Part shown: positions 29,984 to 39,932 of the stretch, in pieces
Layout: every line of letters begins with the position of its first letter
Position numbering within the stretch: the stretch's first letter is position 1
Source: an uncultured delta proteobacterium
GTDB taxonomy: Bacteria; Desulfobacterota; Desulfobacteria; Desulfobacterales; Desulfatirhabdiaceae
Assembly (NCBI GenBank): GCA_963789395.1
Contig: CAWBKP010000024.1
Span: 160,001-224,000 of the forward strand
Length of the DNA stretch: 64,000 bases
Direction: 5' to 3'
The notes under the pieces: generated by a model
What the model was told of the DNA's origin: nothing
The model's input: the letters and a program-made list of their open reading frames with translations, nothing else
Databases searched by the model: none
Program-made: the position numbers and the translations under genes

Positions 29984-32116
29984 TCATGCATCTATTTCCA
30001 TCCATACGGGCGCTTTCAGGATCAGATCGATTGCTTTTGACGCGGTTTCTGCGGCATCCGGAAAGGTTTTTGCCAGACTCATGACATGCCGCAGATGATC
30101 GGCGGTGCGAAGCATCAGCATGACAAGATCGCCTTCCGCGCCTTCGGAAAGTTCAACCACTTCCTCCCAGGGCATTCCCGCGGCCCAGGCGTAGACCGTC
30201 ATCGCCGGTCTCAGGTAGAGGGGTCTGACATCAAAATCATGGTCATACAGATCCCGCATCAGGGGTTTCAGGGCTGTGTTGACGGCGATGAAGGCGTCAA
30301 AGAGCGATTTCGGGACAGAGCGCCGATCAATGCGGTCATCCATTTCCCGGTCCGACACAAAGAGAGACAGAATGGCCGCCATCAGGGCCGGGTCTGTTTG
30401 CGGAAAAATGTCTTTTCGAAATCCTTCGGCGATTAGAAGCGGCTGATCCACGCGGAGTTGTGAGGCCCATCGGCCGTCCTGTGTCAGGGTGCCACCCTGG
30501 GTGACAAATCCTGTCAGTTTCAGAAAGCTCAGGTGCCGGTTGAACGCATGAATCAGTACCTTGTGCCGGGTTCCTGAAAGTGCTCTGGCTTCGGTTCTTT
30601 TGCCGCCGGAACGCATCAATAGAAAGGTGGCGAAGGATCGCGTCAGAAGATCTTCAATCTGGTCCGGAGCATGGGACAGGAGAAGGTTTAAGACCATCGA
30701 AAAATTGATCCGTATCTGACTTTTGACATCCGATGGGGTTGCGGTAAACAACTGCGCGCAAAGCGTGGTGTCCAGATATTTTCCCGGTATGGCGATGGCG
30801 AAACCGATGTGATCCTTTCCCCGGCGTCCGGCTCTGCCGGTCATCTGGTGAAATTCCGTGGGGCTGAGCGGCATGAACTCCCGACCGTTAAAGCGATCGG
30901 TGTTCAGGAACACGACGGTTCTGGCCGGAAAATTAACGCCTGCCGCAACCGTTGATGTGGCGAATACCGCCTGAAGTAATCCTTCTGTCATCAGGGTTTC
31001 TATGACTTGTTTCCAGGCCGGAAGCTGTCCACTGTGGTGTGCGCCCACAGCCTGCTGCTCAAGGTGCCGAAGCTGACGGTGTTTTGCCAGATGCGGATTC
31101 TGGGAAAGAATGACGTCGATGCGCTGGTGAAGAGTCTGCATGTGGAACGGATCATCCACCCAGTGGTTTTTGCACAGATCCAGCGCATGATCGCAGTCGG
31201 CGCGGGATTTCAGGAAAAAGATTGCGGGAAGCAGATTGAATTTATCCAGAATTTTGAGAATTTCACCCATCGGGGGCAACAGGCTGTAAGTGGATGTCAG
31301 CCGCTGCGGTTTCTCGTTAAACAGGTAGTCACGTACTTTTTTAGAAATGCGCCCCTTTCCCCTGGCATCGGTGGCAAGAAGGGGAAGCAGGGTTCCGGAA
31401 GGGTGAAGGAATATGGGATAAAGCGGCACAGGTCTTTTGGTTTCTTCAATGACCGTGCAGTCTTTGGATCGAATGGCCGACAGCCACTCGGCAATTTTCC
31501 CGGCATTGCCGATGGTCGCCGAAAGCAGCAGCAGGGGGATCCGGGACGGCAGGTAGATCATGGTTTCTTCCCAGACCACCCCGCGATCCTCATCCCCTAG
31601 AAAATGGGCTTCATCCAGGACCACAAAATCCGTATCCAGGGTTTCGCCGCGGTGCATGGCGTCATAAAGCTGATTGCGGAGAATTTCTGTTGTGCCGACA
31701 ATTACCGAGGCATCCGGTCGCTCTTTTCGATCCCCTGTAAGAATGCCGACCTGGTCCTGTCCGAAGATATCGGAAAATTCGTGAAATTTAGCGTTTGAAA
31801 GCGCTTTTAGCGGTGTCGCATACCAGCAGCGTCCGCCTTGATTGCGTATTCTGGAAATGGCCTGAACCGCTATCCAGGTTTTCCCGGAACCTGTCGGGGC
31901 GGTTACCAGACAATCGGCCTTTTCAATGGCTTCGAGCGCTTCCAGTTGAAACGGATCAGGTGAAAACGGCCGGTCTTCCGGCACGCCGATGGTTTTAAAC
32001 ACCGCTTTCAGGCTGGCGTCGGCGCCGGCTTTCATCCGAATGGCAGGGGCCGATGTTCTCCTGCTCCAGGGTTTGCCGGAATAGCCCTTGACCTTGACTC
32101 CGCCCCTGGGTTTCAT
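29984..32116 (-). CDS. Ski2/HelY-like DEAD/DEAH box helicase
   Basis: APTGSGKT, PLKALSN, TTEILRN, DEAH, SAT, HHSG, QMTGRAGRRG, DSHCT-like EGDLV. Confidence 0.9.
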   Translation of the reverse strand: MKPRGGVKVKGYSGKPWSRRTSAPAIRMKAGADASLKAVFKTIGVPEDRPFSPDPFQLEALEAIEKADCLVTAPTGSGKTWIAVQAISRIRNQGGRCWYATPLKALSNAKFHEFSDIFGQDQVGILTGDRKERPDASVIVGTTEILRNQLYDAMHRGETLDTDFVVLDEAHFLGDEDRGVVWEETMIYLPSRIPLLLLSATIGNAGKIAEWLSAIRSKDCTVIEETKRPVPLYPIFLHPSGTLLPLLATDARGKGRISKKVRDYLFNEKPQRLTSTYSLLPPMGEILKILDKFNLLPAIFFLKSRADCDHALDLCKNHWVDDPFHMQTLHQRIDVILSQNPHLAKHRQLRHLEQQAVGAHHSGQLPAWKQVIETLMTEGLLQAVFATSTVAAGVNFPARTVVFLNTDRFNGREFMPLSPTEFHQMTGRAGRRGKDHIGFAIAIPGKYLDTTLCAQLFTATPSDVKSQIRINFSMVLNLLLSHAPDQIEDLLTRSFATFLLMRSGGKRTEARALSGTRHKVLIHAFNRHLSFLKLTGFVTQGGTLTQDGRWASQLRVDQPLLIAEGFRKDIFPQTDPALMAAILSLFVSDREMDDRIDRRSVPKSLFDAFIAVNTALKPLMRDLYDHDFDVRPLYLRPAMTVYAWAAGMPWEEVVELSEGAEGDLVMLMLRTADHLRHVMSLAKTFPDAAETASKAIDLILKAPVWMEIDA

Positions 32117-32873
32117 GTCACCAGCTGCTGAATGATTGCATCCATCTGGGTTTTGGCAAGCGCATCGGTGTCAAAAGGGGAGATGCCGTTTAAATCCGCC
32201 TCGATCAAGGTGTTGTCATAGGGCAGAAATCCCAGAAAATCAAACTGGGGCAGGTTTTTTCGCAGAAAAGCAATGTCCGCATCCCCGCGGATTTTATTGC
32301 CCACCACGGCAATGCGCTTGAGACCGATCTCAGCTGCCAGGTACTGAATGTGTTCAGCCGTGTCTATACTTCTTCTGCCCGGCTCCACCACCACGATGAG
32401 TTTGTCCACGGCCTTTGCTGTGGCTCTTCCCAGGTGCTCAATGCCGGCTTCCATATCCATGACCACCACCTCGTCTCTGGCAAGTACAATGTGGGTGATC
32501 AGTGCCCGTAAAAGCGTGCTCTCTGGGCAGATGCAACCGGAGCCGCCTTTCTTGATGCCCCTAGACGCATCATCTTGATGTTGCCAAGCTTGGCTGACAA
32601 AGCGTCCGGAAGATCGTCCACACGGGGGTTGAGTTTGAAGAACCCGCCGATGCTGCCGGGCTGGGCCTCTGTGCGTTCATAGGCCAGATCTTTCATCTCG
32701 GAGATTGGAATGATTTTATCCGCATTGGCGATTCCCAGTGCTCCGGCAAGATTCGCATCCGGGTCCGCATCGATTGCCAGAACGTGTTTTCCCTGTGCAT
32801 CAAATGTTCGAATCAGCAAAGCGGAAAATGTGGTTTTCCCCACCCCGCCTTTGCCGCTGACAGCAAGTTTCAT
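32113..32873 (-). CDS. cooC: CooC/AcsF nickel-insertion ATPase; 1-nt deletion near 32560, probably a sequencing error
   Basis: SGKGGVGKTT, IDADPDANL, FFKLNP. Adding one G restores LGGIKKGGSGCICPES..DMEAGIEHLGR. Confidence 0.88.
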
Positions 32874-33163
32874 AAGAAAGTCCTTATTTTATATGTGAAG
32901 GATATTGATTCCGTATGGTGTATGGTCGCACATGAACCTTGTTATTAAATAAGTCTCTTTCATCTGTAAGTCAAGAAAGACAAGATTCAGAAATTACAGG
33001 ATAAGCAGAAAGCGCGTCGAAGCGGGAGGCGTAACGGGTTCATAAAATCATCGGGTCGGAGTCTATGTCGGCGGGGAGGTATCCTGTACAGCCGGGCACA
33101 CGGAAACGCTCCCTTAGGGCATGGTAAGGACGGTTTTCATGTTTTGATTATGGGGTGGTATCG

Positions 33164-33592
33164 TTACCAGCCCTTTCCGCCGATGATGTGTTTGATTTTT
33201 TCTTCAGTCTGTTTTTCTACCAGGATCATTTTCTTTGCCTGCGCTTTTTTGATTTTTTCTGTCAGGATTTTCAAGTCCGCCGGTTTTTCCATCAAGTCCA
33301 TTGCCCCGAGTTTCATGGCTTCAATGCCTCTTTCAACCGTTGCATGCCCGGTCAGAAGGATAATCTGAAGCTCCGGTTTTCTGGTTTTCAGCGCTTTCAA
33401 TGCTTCGAGTCCATCCATTTCCGGCATCTGTAAATCCAGGATAATGGCATCAAACGATTCTGTTTCAGCCAGTTGAATCGCTTCTTTGGCGGAAGCTGCG
33501 GTGGATACATCCATGCCTCGGGTCTGCATCCGTTCTGACATGATGCTTAGAAAATCCTTTTCGTCGTCGACCAACAATACTTTTTCTGTCAT
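33164..33592 (-). CDS. Single-domain response regulator
   Basis: LLVDDE, ILDLQMP, LTGH, KP; basic C-terminal tail and no output domain. Confidence 0.9.
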   Translation of the reverse strand: MTEKVLLVDDEKDFLSIMSERMQTRGMDVSTAASAKEAIQLAETESFDAIILDLQMPEMDGLEALKALKTRKPELQIILLTGHATVERGIEAMKLGAMDLMEKPADLKILTEKIKKAQAKKMILVEKQTEEKIKHIIGGKGW

Positions 33593-33638
33593 AAGAGCCT
33601 CCTTATGTGGGATATTGAGTCGATATCAGACTTATTTC

Positions 33639-34286
33639 TCAACAGGCTGTCAAGTCAACCGGCAGTGTGATGATCAGCTCCCGGCATTGCGAATCGGCTG
33701 ACTGGGCGGCTTTCAGGTAGCTGAGCAGCTCAAGGGTGCTGGCCTCTGTTAACAGAGCATCAACGGGTGAAACAATAACGGCTGCGCCTTCCGGCTGAGG
33801 TCGAAGGGTAAGGGTGAGTTCTTTTGACACGCCGGTTCTCTCAAAAATTTCCTTGAGACACAACCAGATGAGATTTTCAAGGTAAAACAGCCGGGTTGTC
33901 ACGCAAATCGGTTGCAAAGGCGGGGTGAAATGCAACGTGACACTCTTCATGGCAGCTAACCGCGAAGTCAGCTTAATGGTCAATGCCAGCGTTTCTCCAA
34001 GATCGATGCATTTAACCGCCTCATCGGCACTGTGGGCAAACTGGTTCATATTTCGAATGATCCCGTCAGCTCGCTGAATCTGCTTGGCGATGTTGGCGGC
34101 TAAACTTTTCAGTCTGGTCGGATCAAGAGGCAGTCCTTTTTCCGCCATGAAAGACAGGTCTTCCAGAAGCCCGGCATTCTCGTTGATGATGGCCAGGGCA
34201 TTTTTCAGTTCGTGCGAAATCGATGCGGAGATGGAACCAAAACAGTGAAGCCCGCATTCTCCAATGGATTCCCGGTAAGCGCTCAT
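33639..34286 (-). CDS. HisKA-domain protein with degenerate ATPase domain (pseudo-histidine kinase)
   Basis: H-box SISHELKNALAII; no sensor domain; no DxGxG or GxGLGL boxes. Confidence 0.75.
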   Translation of the reverse strand: MSAYRESIGECGLHCFGSISASISHELKNALAIINENAGLLEDLSFMAEKGLPLDPTRLKSLAANIAKQIQRADGIIRNMNQFAHSADEAVKCIDLGETLALTIKLTSRLAAMKSVTLHFTPPLQPICVTTRLFYLENLIWLCLKEIFERTGVSKELTLTLRPQPEGAAVIVSPVDALLTEASTLELLSYLKAAQSADSQCRELIITLPVDLTAC

Positions 34287-34657
34287 GAGCCTTCTCCTTG
34301 TCGCTGCATCACCTCATTCATTTTTTCAAGCAGGGATTCAATTTTTACCGGTTTAACGAGATAAAAATCTTTTCCGGCTTCCGCAGCCCCAATCTTAAAA
34401 TCATCTTCAGAACCGTGTCCGGTCAGGAAAATGAATTTCATTTCCGGATGCAGGGCGTGAAGCCGTTTCTTCAGTTCCAATCCGTTGATTTTTGGAATCT
34501 TGACATCGAGAATGGCAAGGTCAAATGTCTCAGTTTCAACAAGTTCCAGGGCTGCCAAGCTGCTGGTGACCCATCTGGCCTGAATCCCTCTGAGAAGCAG
34601 GCGTTCAGCTAATGTTGAAACCAGTTGTTCTTCATCGTCAACCAGCAATACGCGCAT
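34283..34657 (-). CDS. Single-domain response regulator
   Basis: LLVDDE, ILDVKIP, LTGHG, KP. Confidence 0.9.
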   Translation of the reverse strand: MRVLLVDDEEQLVSTLAERLLLRGIQARWVTSSLAALELVETETFDLAILDVKIPKINGLELKKRLHALHPEMKFIFLTGHGSEDDFKIGAAEAGKDFYLVKPVKIESLLEKMNEVMQRQGEGS

Positions 34658-36389
34658 AACCCTCTCCTTTTTTCTTTGTATACGTCAACGGCAGTTCAAT
34701 CGTAAATCGGGTGCCCTTGCCGACCGTGCTGTGAATTTTAATTTTTCCGCCGATTTCCTGCACCAGCCCATACGTGATGGACAGACCCAGTCCGGTACCA
34801 CCGGTTCGGCTTTTTGTCGTAAAAAAAGGCTCGAAAACCCGTTTGATATCCGATTCTGAAATCCCGCATCCGTCATCGGCAACATCAATGGAAATCGCAT
34901 CGGAATCGAGTTTTGACACCTTGATTTCCAGTGTGCCGCCATCGTCCATGGCGGCAAAAGCGTTGTTGATCAGATTCAGAAAAATCTGTTGCAGTTTTCC
35001 GCGATCGCTTTCAAATTCCGGGATATCATCGGGGATATCTACCGAAATGGTGATGCTTTTGTATTCAGCTTCCTTGCCCATAAATCCGAGCACATCCTGA
35101 ATGACGGATTTTACGCTGAGTCGCTGAACGCTTACTTCGATGTGGCGGGCAAAGTTGAGAAGCCGTTTGGTGATGGTGCCGCACCGTTCCACGGATGAAA
35201 TAATGGAATCGACCAGGCTGCTCAACTTTGAATCTTTAACATAATCTTTTTGAAAGGTGAAGATGTCTTTGATCAGGCCGGCTTTTTCGTTGATAATGGC
35301 CAAGGGATTGTTGATTTCATGGGCGACGCCTGCTGCAAGGCGTCCGATGGAAGCCAGCTTGTTGGCGTATTCAACCTGGTGAAGGGTCATAACCCGTTTC
35401 TGATCCGCCAGAAAGATATTGTTGACCAGATACGTGGACACACCGATAACCACAACAAGTATGGTGATGACGCTGACAGCCAGAAATCCGAGCAACTGAG
35501 AGCGGGTTTTAAACCAGGGTTTCATCAGCGCGTTTTTCTGTTTGGTTACGATCAGGATAAAAGGGGTGTCCGTGATATAGGCATAACCAACGACCAGTAA
35601 CTTTCCGGTATTGTCCATCGTCTGGTAAACGACCGTATTGGAGGCATATTCCGGAACCGAGAGCGGAATTTTTTCCAGCACCGTGGCATGGTATCGGGAA
35701 GGCGTCTGTAGAATGCCGTCCTGGTTGACGATAAACGCATCCCCCATGCCCCCCACTTCCAGGTCCGACAAAAGCTCCTGGAACCGCTCCATGTCCAGAG
35801 ATGCCCGAAGAACAAAAGCGGATCCGTCCGGCAGGCTGTGCTTGACCGCAATGACAAAGTGGGGAACATTGCGCAGGCCAAGAAACACATCGCTGATGTA
35901 AATGTTCCGTTCCAGCACCTCCCGATACCAGGCCTGAGCACTGTAATCCACACCAATGAGTTCGTAGGGTCCGACATAATTGATTTGGACACCGGAGTCA
36001 TCAATTACCCCCAGGTCGCGAAAACCGCCCAGGCTTTTTTTGAGATTTTCCAGGATCATAAACAGGCGGTCCGGGTTTTTCAGGTTCTCAAGCGTGTTGT
36101 CATGGATGATGAAATTCAGGGCGAATTTTCGTTCATCCAGAAAAAAAGAGATGCTGCGGCGCGTATTTGAAACCAGGCGGGAGGTTCTGAGCAGAATTTC
36201 CGATTCAATGGCATTCTGGGTGACGTTATAGTCGATGATCGCCATGAAAATGAGCGGGATCAGGGAAACCCCCGCGGTCAGAAATGCAGCCTGTTTCCAT
36301 ATCTTTCGAAAATTGAACAGGGATTTAAACGGCCCTGCGGCAGCGTCCTGGTGATCCCAGAATTTGGGTTTGAATCGGGTTGTTATCAT
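34638..36389 (-). CDS. Membrane sensor histidine kinase with Cache-like extracytoplasmic domain
   Basis: Two TM helices; AGVAHEINNPL, QIFLNLINNA, DDGCG, FEPFFTTK, GTGLGL. Confidence 0.93.
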   Translation of the reverse strand: MITTRFKPKFWDHQDAAAGPFKSLFNFRKIWKQAAFLTAGVSLIPLIFMAIIDYNVTQNAIESEILLRTSRLVSNTRRSISFFLDERKFALNFIIHDNTLENLKNPDRLFMILENLKKSLGGFRDLGVIDDSGVQINYVGPYELIGVDYSAQAWYREVLERNIYISDVFLGLRNVPHFVIAVKHSLPDGSAFVLRASLDMERFQELLSDLEVGGMGDAFIVNQDGILQTPSRYHATVLEKIPLSVPEYASNTVVYQTMDNTGKLLVVGYAYITDTPFILIVTKQKNALMKPWFKTRSQLLGFLAVSVITILVVVIGVSTYLVNNIFLADQKRVMTLHQVEYANKLASIGRLAAGVAHEINNPLAIINEKAGLIKDIFTFQKDYVKDSKLSSLVDSIISSVERCGTITKRLLNFARHIEVSVQRLSVKSVIQDVLGFMGKEAEYKSITISVDIPDDIPEFESDRGKLQQIFLNLINNAFAAMDDGGTLEIKVSKLDSDAISIDVADDGCGISESDIKRVFEPFFTTKSRTGGTGLGLSITYGLVQEIGGKIKIHSTVGKGTRFTIELPLTYTKKKGEGYARIAG

Positions 36390-36422
36390 AAAATCCTCAC
36401 GATGTCGTGCAACCGATTGCGT

Positions 36423-37655
36423 TTAGCAAATTTCAGGCTTTTTCTTTTGAGCCTGAATTTTCTCGTTGGCTTTTTTCAAGGTGTCACTCAGGATATCAAT
36501 GTCAACGGGCTTGTGCAGGTAGGCAAAGGCGCCTAAGTTCATGCAGGTTTGCCGGTCTGCTTCCGAACCATGACCGGTAAGGATAATAACTTCAATTCCT
36601 GGCTGTGTTTCCTTGACCCTTCGCAGGACTTCGATGCCGTCGATGCCCGGCATTTTCAGATCCAGAATCATCACTTCCGGTTCTTCCTCGTGAACCAGCT
36701 TCAGGGCGGATTCACCGTCAAATGCCACGGCAGACCCCATATCCCGAAGGATCAGGCGCTCGGAAAGGGTTTGAACAAACTCCCTTTCATCATCCACGAG
36801 CAGCACTTTGGAAGGGACTTCAAAATCAAATTTCCGATAAATATCTGACTGATGGAAATCCTTTCCGACTCCGGTTTCAATGGATTTTACGCCCGGGACA
36901 ATTCCGGCAATGGATTTGAGTTCCTGCTCCAGCCGGCTCAGCATCAGAACATGTTTGTTGATGGTCAGGGTAACCTTGCCGTTTGCTGCTGTCACCCCGA
37001 CATGATGGCCTGCATTGGCCAGCGCAACTTCCACCTGGGCGGAAATGCGGAAATCGTCGATGGTTTTACGGGATTTTTCTGTTGTTTGCAGCACATCCTT
37101 GTTCAGGTTGTCCAGAATCAGTTGAATGGCCTCGGCTGTATTGGTCTTGTTCATCGGCAAAATCATGTCATAAAGAACAGGACTCCAGGGGTCAGTCAGA
37201 TTGAATAAGGCATTTACCCAGGTACCACAGTCTTCATCCTGCCGGTGGATCCATTTTGCCGCCTCTTTTTCAGAGATGCCCTTGGATTTTGCAGCCAGGG
37301 CAATCCTGAAACTCATGTCCGCAATCAGGCAGATCCGCAGGACATGGCTGATTGCTTTGGGGATCAAATGGCCGGAAAAACCGGAAAGCAACAGATTGTC
37401 GTCTGTCAGTTTTTCGGCCAGCGCCAGTTTGAGATAGGCAATGGACCGTTCCTTTTCATGGGTGAACTTGTTGAATATCGATGTTCGTGAAACAAAAGCA
37501 CGGCTGATTTTGGATGCATCGATGCCCGAAAGCCTTGCTGCCTCGTCTGTCAGGTCGCTATCTGTGACCGGTTTGTAGCCGGTATGGGCGATAAGTTCCT
37601 GAAGGACAATATCTTCATTGCAAAACGTACCTGGAAAAATTGTAATTATTGGCAT
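36423..37655 (-). CDS. Cytidylate-kinase-like + BON-like + receiver domain protein
   Basis: N-terminal IITI..LRICLIA..R..D....W..YDM pattern; central VGVTAANGKVTL..IAGIVPGVKSI; C-terminal VLLVDDE..ILDLKMP..LTGHG..KP. Confidence 0.8.
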   Translation of the reverse strand: MPIITIFPGTFCNEDIVLQELIAHTGYKPVTDSDLTDEAARLSGIDASKISRAFVSRTSIFNKFTHEKERSIAYLKLALAEKLTDDNLLLSGFSGHLIPKAISHVLRICLIADMSFRIALAAKSKGISEKEAAKWIHRQDEDCGTWVNALFNLTDPWSPVLYDMILPMNKTNTAEAIQLILDNLNKDVLQTTEKSRKTIDDFRISAQVEVALANAGHHVGVTAANGKVTLTINKHVLMLSRLEQELKSIAGIVPGVKSIETGVGKDFHQSDIYRKFDFEVPSKVLLVDDEREFVQTLSERLILRDMGSAVAFDGESALKLVHEEEPEVMILDLKMPGIDGIEVLRRVKETQPGIEVIILTGHGSEADRQTCMNLGAFAYLHKPVDIDILSDTLKKANEKIQAQKKKPEIC

Positions 37656-37799
37656 TTGCAGACCCCTTATCCTGATAAAAGTTATTTATAAGCCAGGTTC
37701 TCTCTGACCGACTAAAAGGCGTTTACCCGCTGATTTTATATGACTGAATACGTCTCGACCGGTTTTTATGATATTGTGTTTTTAAAACGATACCGGCGA

Positions 37800-39923
37800 T
37801 CAATTCAGGTTGCAGACTGTTAACGGACATATCGGTTCATCGCCATCCTTGTGCGTGGGTTCATAAATGGAACGAATGGCTCTTTCCATCGTCGAGTACA
37901 AATGGTCCAGACCGATTTTTGCGGCCAGGTGGGTTCGCTCAAGCACCTCCATCACCGCTTCGTTCACCCCGCTCAGGGAGATGTCCAATCCGGCACTGCG
38001 GATCCGGTCTATCAGCAAAGAGAGCGTTTCTTCTCCGGATGCGTCAATATCATTAATACCGTTGGAGACAATTAAAATGTGTTTAAGTGATTCCTTGCTC
38101 AGCATCAGTTCGGTGATCTGGTCATCCAGATAACTGGAATTGGCGAAAAACAGGGGGCCGTCAAACCGGATCAGGGAAATATATTTGCATTCATGCAGGC
38201 CGTGAGTCGTGACGCACCGGAGTGCATCATCCTCGTCTCGGGCAAGGGATGCGACATTCGGCCGCATGCTCTTGTAAAGGAAAACCATCAGGGAGAGTGT
38301 GACGCCCACCATGATTCCTTTGTCGAGGTGCGGTGCAAACCACAGGGTGCAGATAAAGGAAATGATGGAGATAGCTCCGTCATATTTTTGTGCTTTCCAG
38401 GCATGGACAAAACCGGAGACATTGATCAGGCCGATTACCGCCATCATGATAACGGCAGCCAGTACGGATTGAGGCAGATGATAGAGAAGAGGGGTAAAAA
38501 ACAGCAGGGCAATTACGACCGCAATACTGGTAAAGACACTGGAAAGACCGGATACGGCGCCTGCCTGAAGGTTTACGGCAGAACGGGAAAATGAGCCTGA
38601 TGTCGGGTAGCTTTTACCGACCGCGCCAAGAATATTGGCCAGGCCCTGTCCGATAAGTTCCTGATTGGGATCCAGTCTCTGGCCGGTTTTTCCGGCCATG
38701 GCCTTGGCAATGGAAATGGCCTCCATAAATCCCAGAAGGGAAATAATGGCTGCATAAGGAAAGAGCTGGACAATAACATTCAGGCGGATTTGTGGAATGG
38801 TAAACGCAGGAAGCCCCTTGGGAACGACCCCGACAACTTCACCGCCACCCACCATTCGGATTTTATCCAGATTCAACGACTTATTACCCAACCGGATCCG
38901 CCAGATCCGCCCATCGGGTTTAACATCCAGTGGGACATTGTCTTTTGGAAAAAAATTCAGGGAACCATCTGTCTGCGCAACGCCGATAAATAAAAAATTA
39001 CGGATTTCTTCCCGATAAATCTGCGCGTCGTAATTGATCAGATCACTTTTGGTGGAAAGCATTTTATCCTGATGTTCGGCTTCAAGGGTGGCCAGAAGAT
39101 CATGTCTATGTTTGGCATCCTCGATTTGTTTGCTGATTTCAGTCCGTTTTTCTGCGATAGGGGCCAGGGCATTGATGGCGGAATTGAATTTATCCACCAT
39201 CTCAATGGCTCTTTTGGAGTGGATGGCAGTAATATTCGCTGTAACATCATGTTCGAAATGCATGGCCCATGAAAGGACGGTGGTAATAACAACGGCCACC
39301 AGAACATTGGGAATTTTGGGCGCCATGCGCTTCAGTCCGTACATGATTGCGAATGCCAGAACCCCCATGGCCAGGGTGGGCCAGTGGGTATAATGAATGG
39401 CTGCCTGTACGACTTTGATGATGGTTTCGTAATGATGGGGGGCATTGTCAACGTTTACGCCGAACATTTTTGAAAGCTGGGATGTGGCAATGATGATGGC
39501 AGCGGCATTGGTAAATCCGTTGACCACCGGATGGGAAAGAAAATTTACTACGAGGCCCAGCCTGAGAACCCCGAGCGTGAATTGAAAAACGCCCACCATC
39601 AGTGCCAGCAAAATCGCAAAGACGATGTATCCTTCACTTCCTGCAGTGGCCAGCGGAGCAAGAGATGCCGACGTCATCAGGGAGACCACCGCGACCGGAC
39701 CGGTTGCCAGCTGTCGGCTTGAGCCAAAAAGAGATGCGATCATGGGGGGAAGAAATGAAGCGTAGAGACCGTAATAAGGCGGCAGACCGGCAAGCTGCGC
39801 ATAAGCCATGGATTGCGGGATCAATACGAGTGCCACTGTCAACCCGGAAAGTGCATCGACTCTGAGGTCTGATACATTGTAATTTTTAAACCAGGTCAAA
39901 AACGGAAAAAAACGTTTAAGCAT
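37800..39923 (-). CDS. SulP/SLC26 family anion transporter with STAS domain and a large inserted domain
   Basis: GLTVALVLIPQSMAYAQLAGLPP.YGLY, GSSRQLATGP, NQEL, GSFSRSAVN, GPLFFAN, IDASG. Confidence 0.93.
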   Translation of the reverse strand: MLKRFFPFLTWFKNYNVSDLRVDALSGLTVALVLIPQSMAYAQLAGLPPYYGLYASFLPPMIASLFGSSRQLATGPVAVVSLMTSASLAPLATAGSEGYIVFAILLALMVGVFQFTLGVLRLGLVVNFLSHPVVNGFTNAAAIIIATSQLSKMFGVNVDNAPHHYETIIKVVQAAIHYTHWPTLAMGVLAFAIMYGLKRMAPKIPNVLVAVVITTVLSWAMHFEHDVTANITAIHSKRAIEMVDKFNSAINALAPIAEKRTEISKQIEDAKHRHDLLATLEAEHQDKMLSTKSDLINYDAQIYREEIRNFLFIGVAQTDGSLNFFPKDNVPLDVKPDGRIWRIRLGNKSLNLDKIRMVGGGEVVGVVPKGLPAFTIPQIRLNVIVQLFPYAAIISLLGFMEAISIAKAMAGKTGQRLDPNQELIGQGLANILGAVGKSYPTSGSFSRSAVNLQAGAVSGLSSVFTSIAVVIALLFFTPLLYHLPQSVLAAVIMMAVIGLINVSGFVHAWKAQKYDGAISIISFICTLWFAPHLDKGIMVGVTLSLMVFLYKSMRPNVASLARDEDDALRCVTTHGLHECKYISLIRFDGPLFFANSSYLDDQITELMLSKESLKHILIVSNGINDIDASGEETLSLLIDRIRSAGLDISLSGVNEAVMEVLERTHLAAKIGLDHLYSTMERAIRSIYEPTHKDGDEPICPLTVCNLN

Positions 39924-39932
39924 GCCTACCAC

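Noticed and set aside
33010..33125. 6S or SRP RNA
   Set aside because: It lacks the SRP CAGG..GGAA..AGCAG core and the long rod of 6S; kept only as an unassigned low-interest structure.
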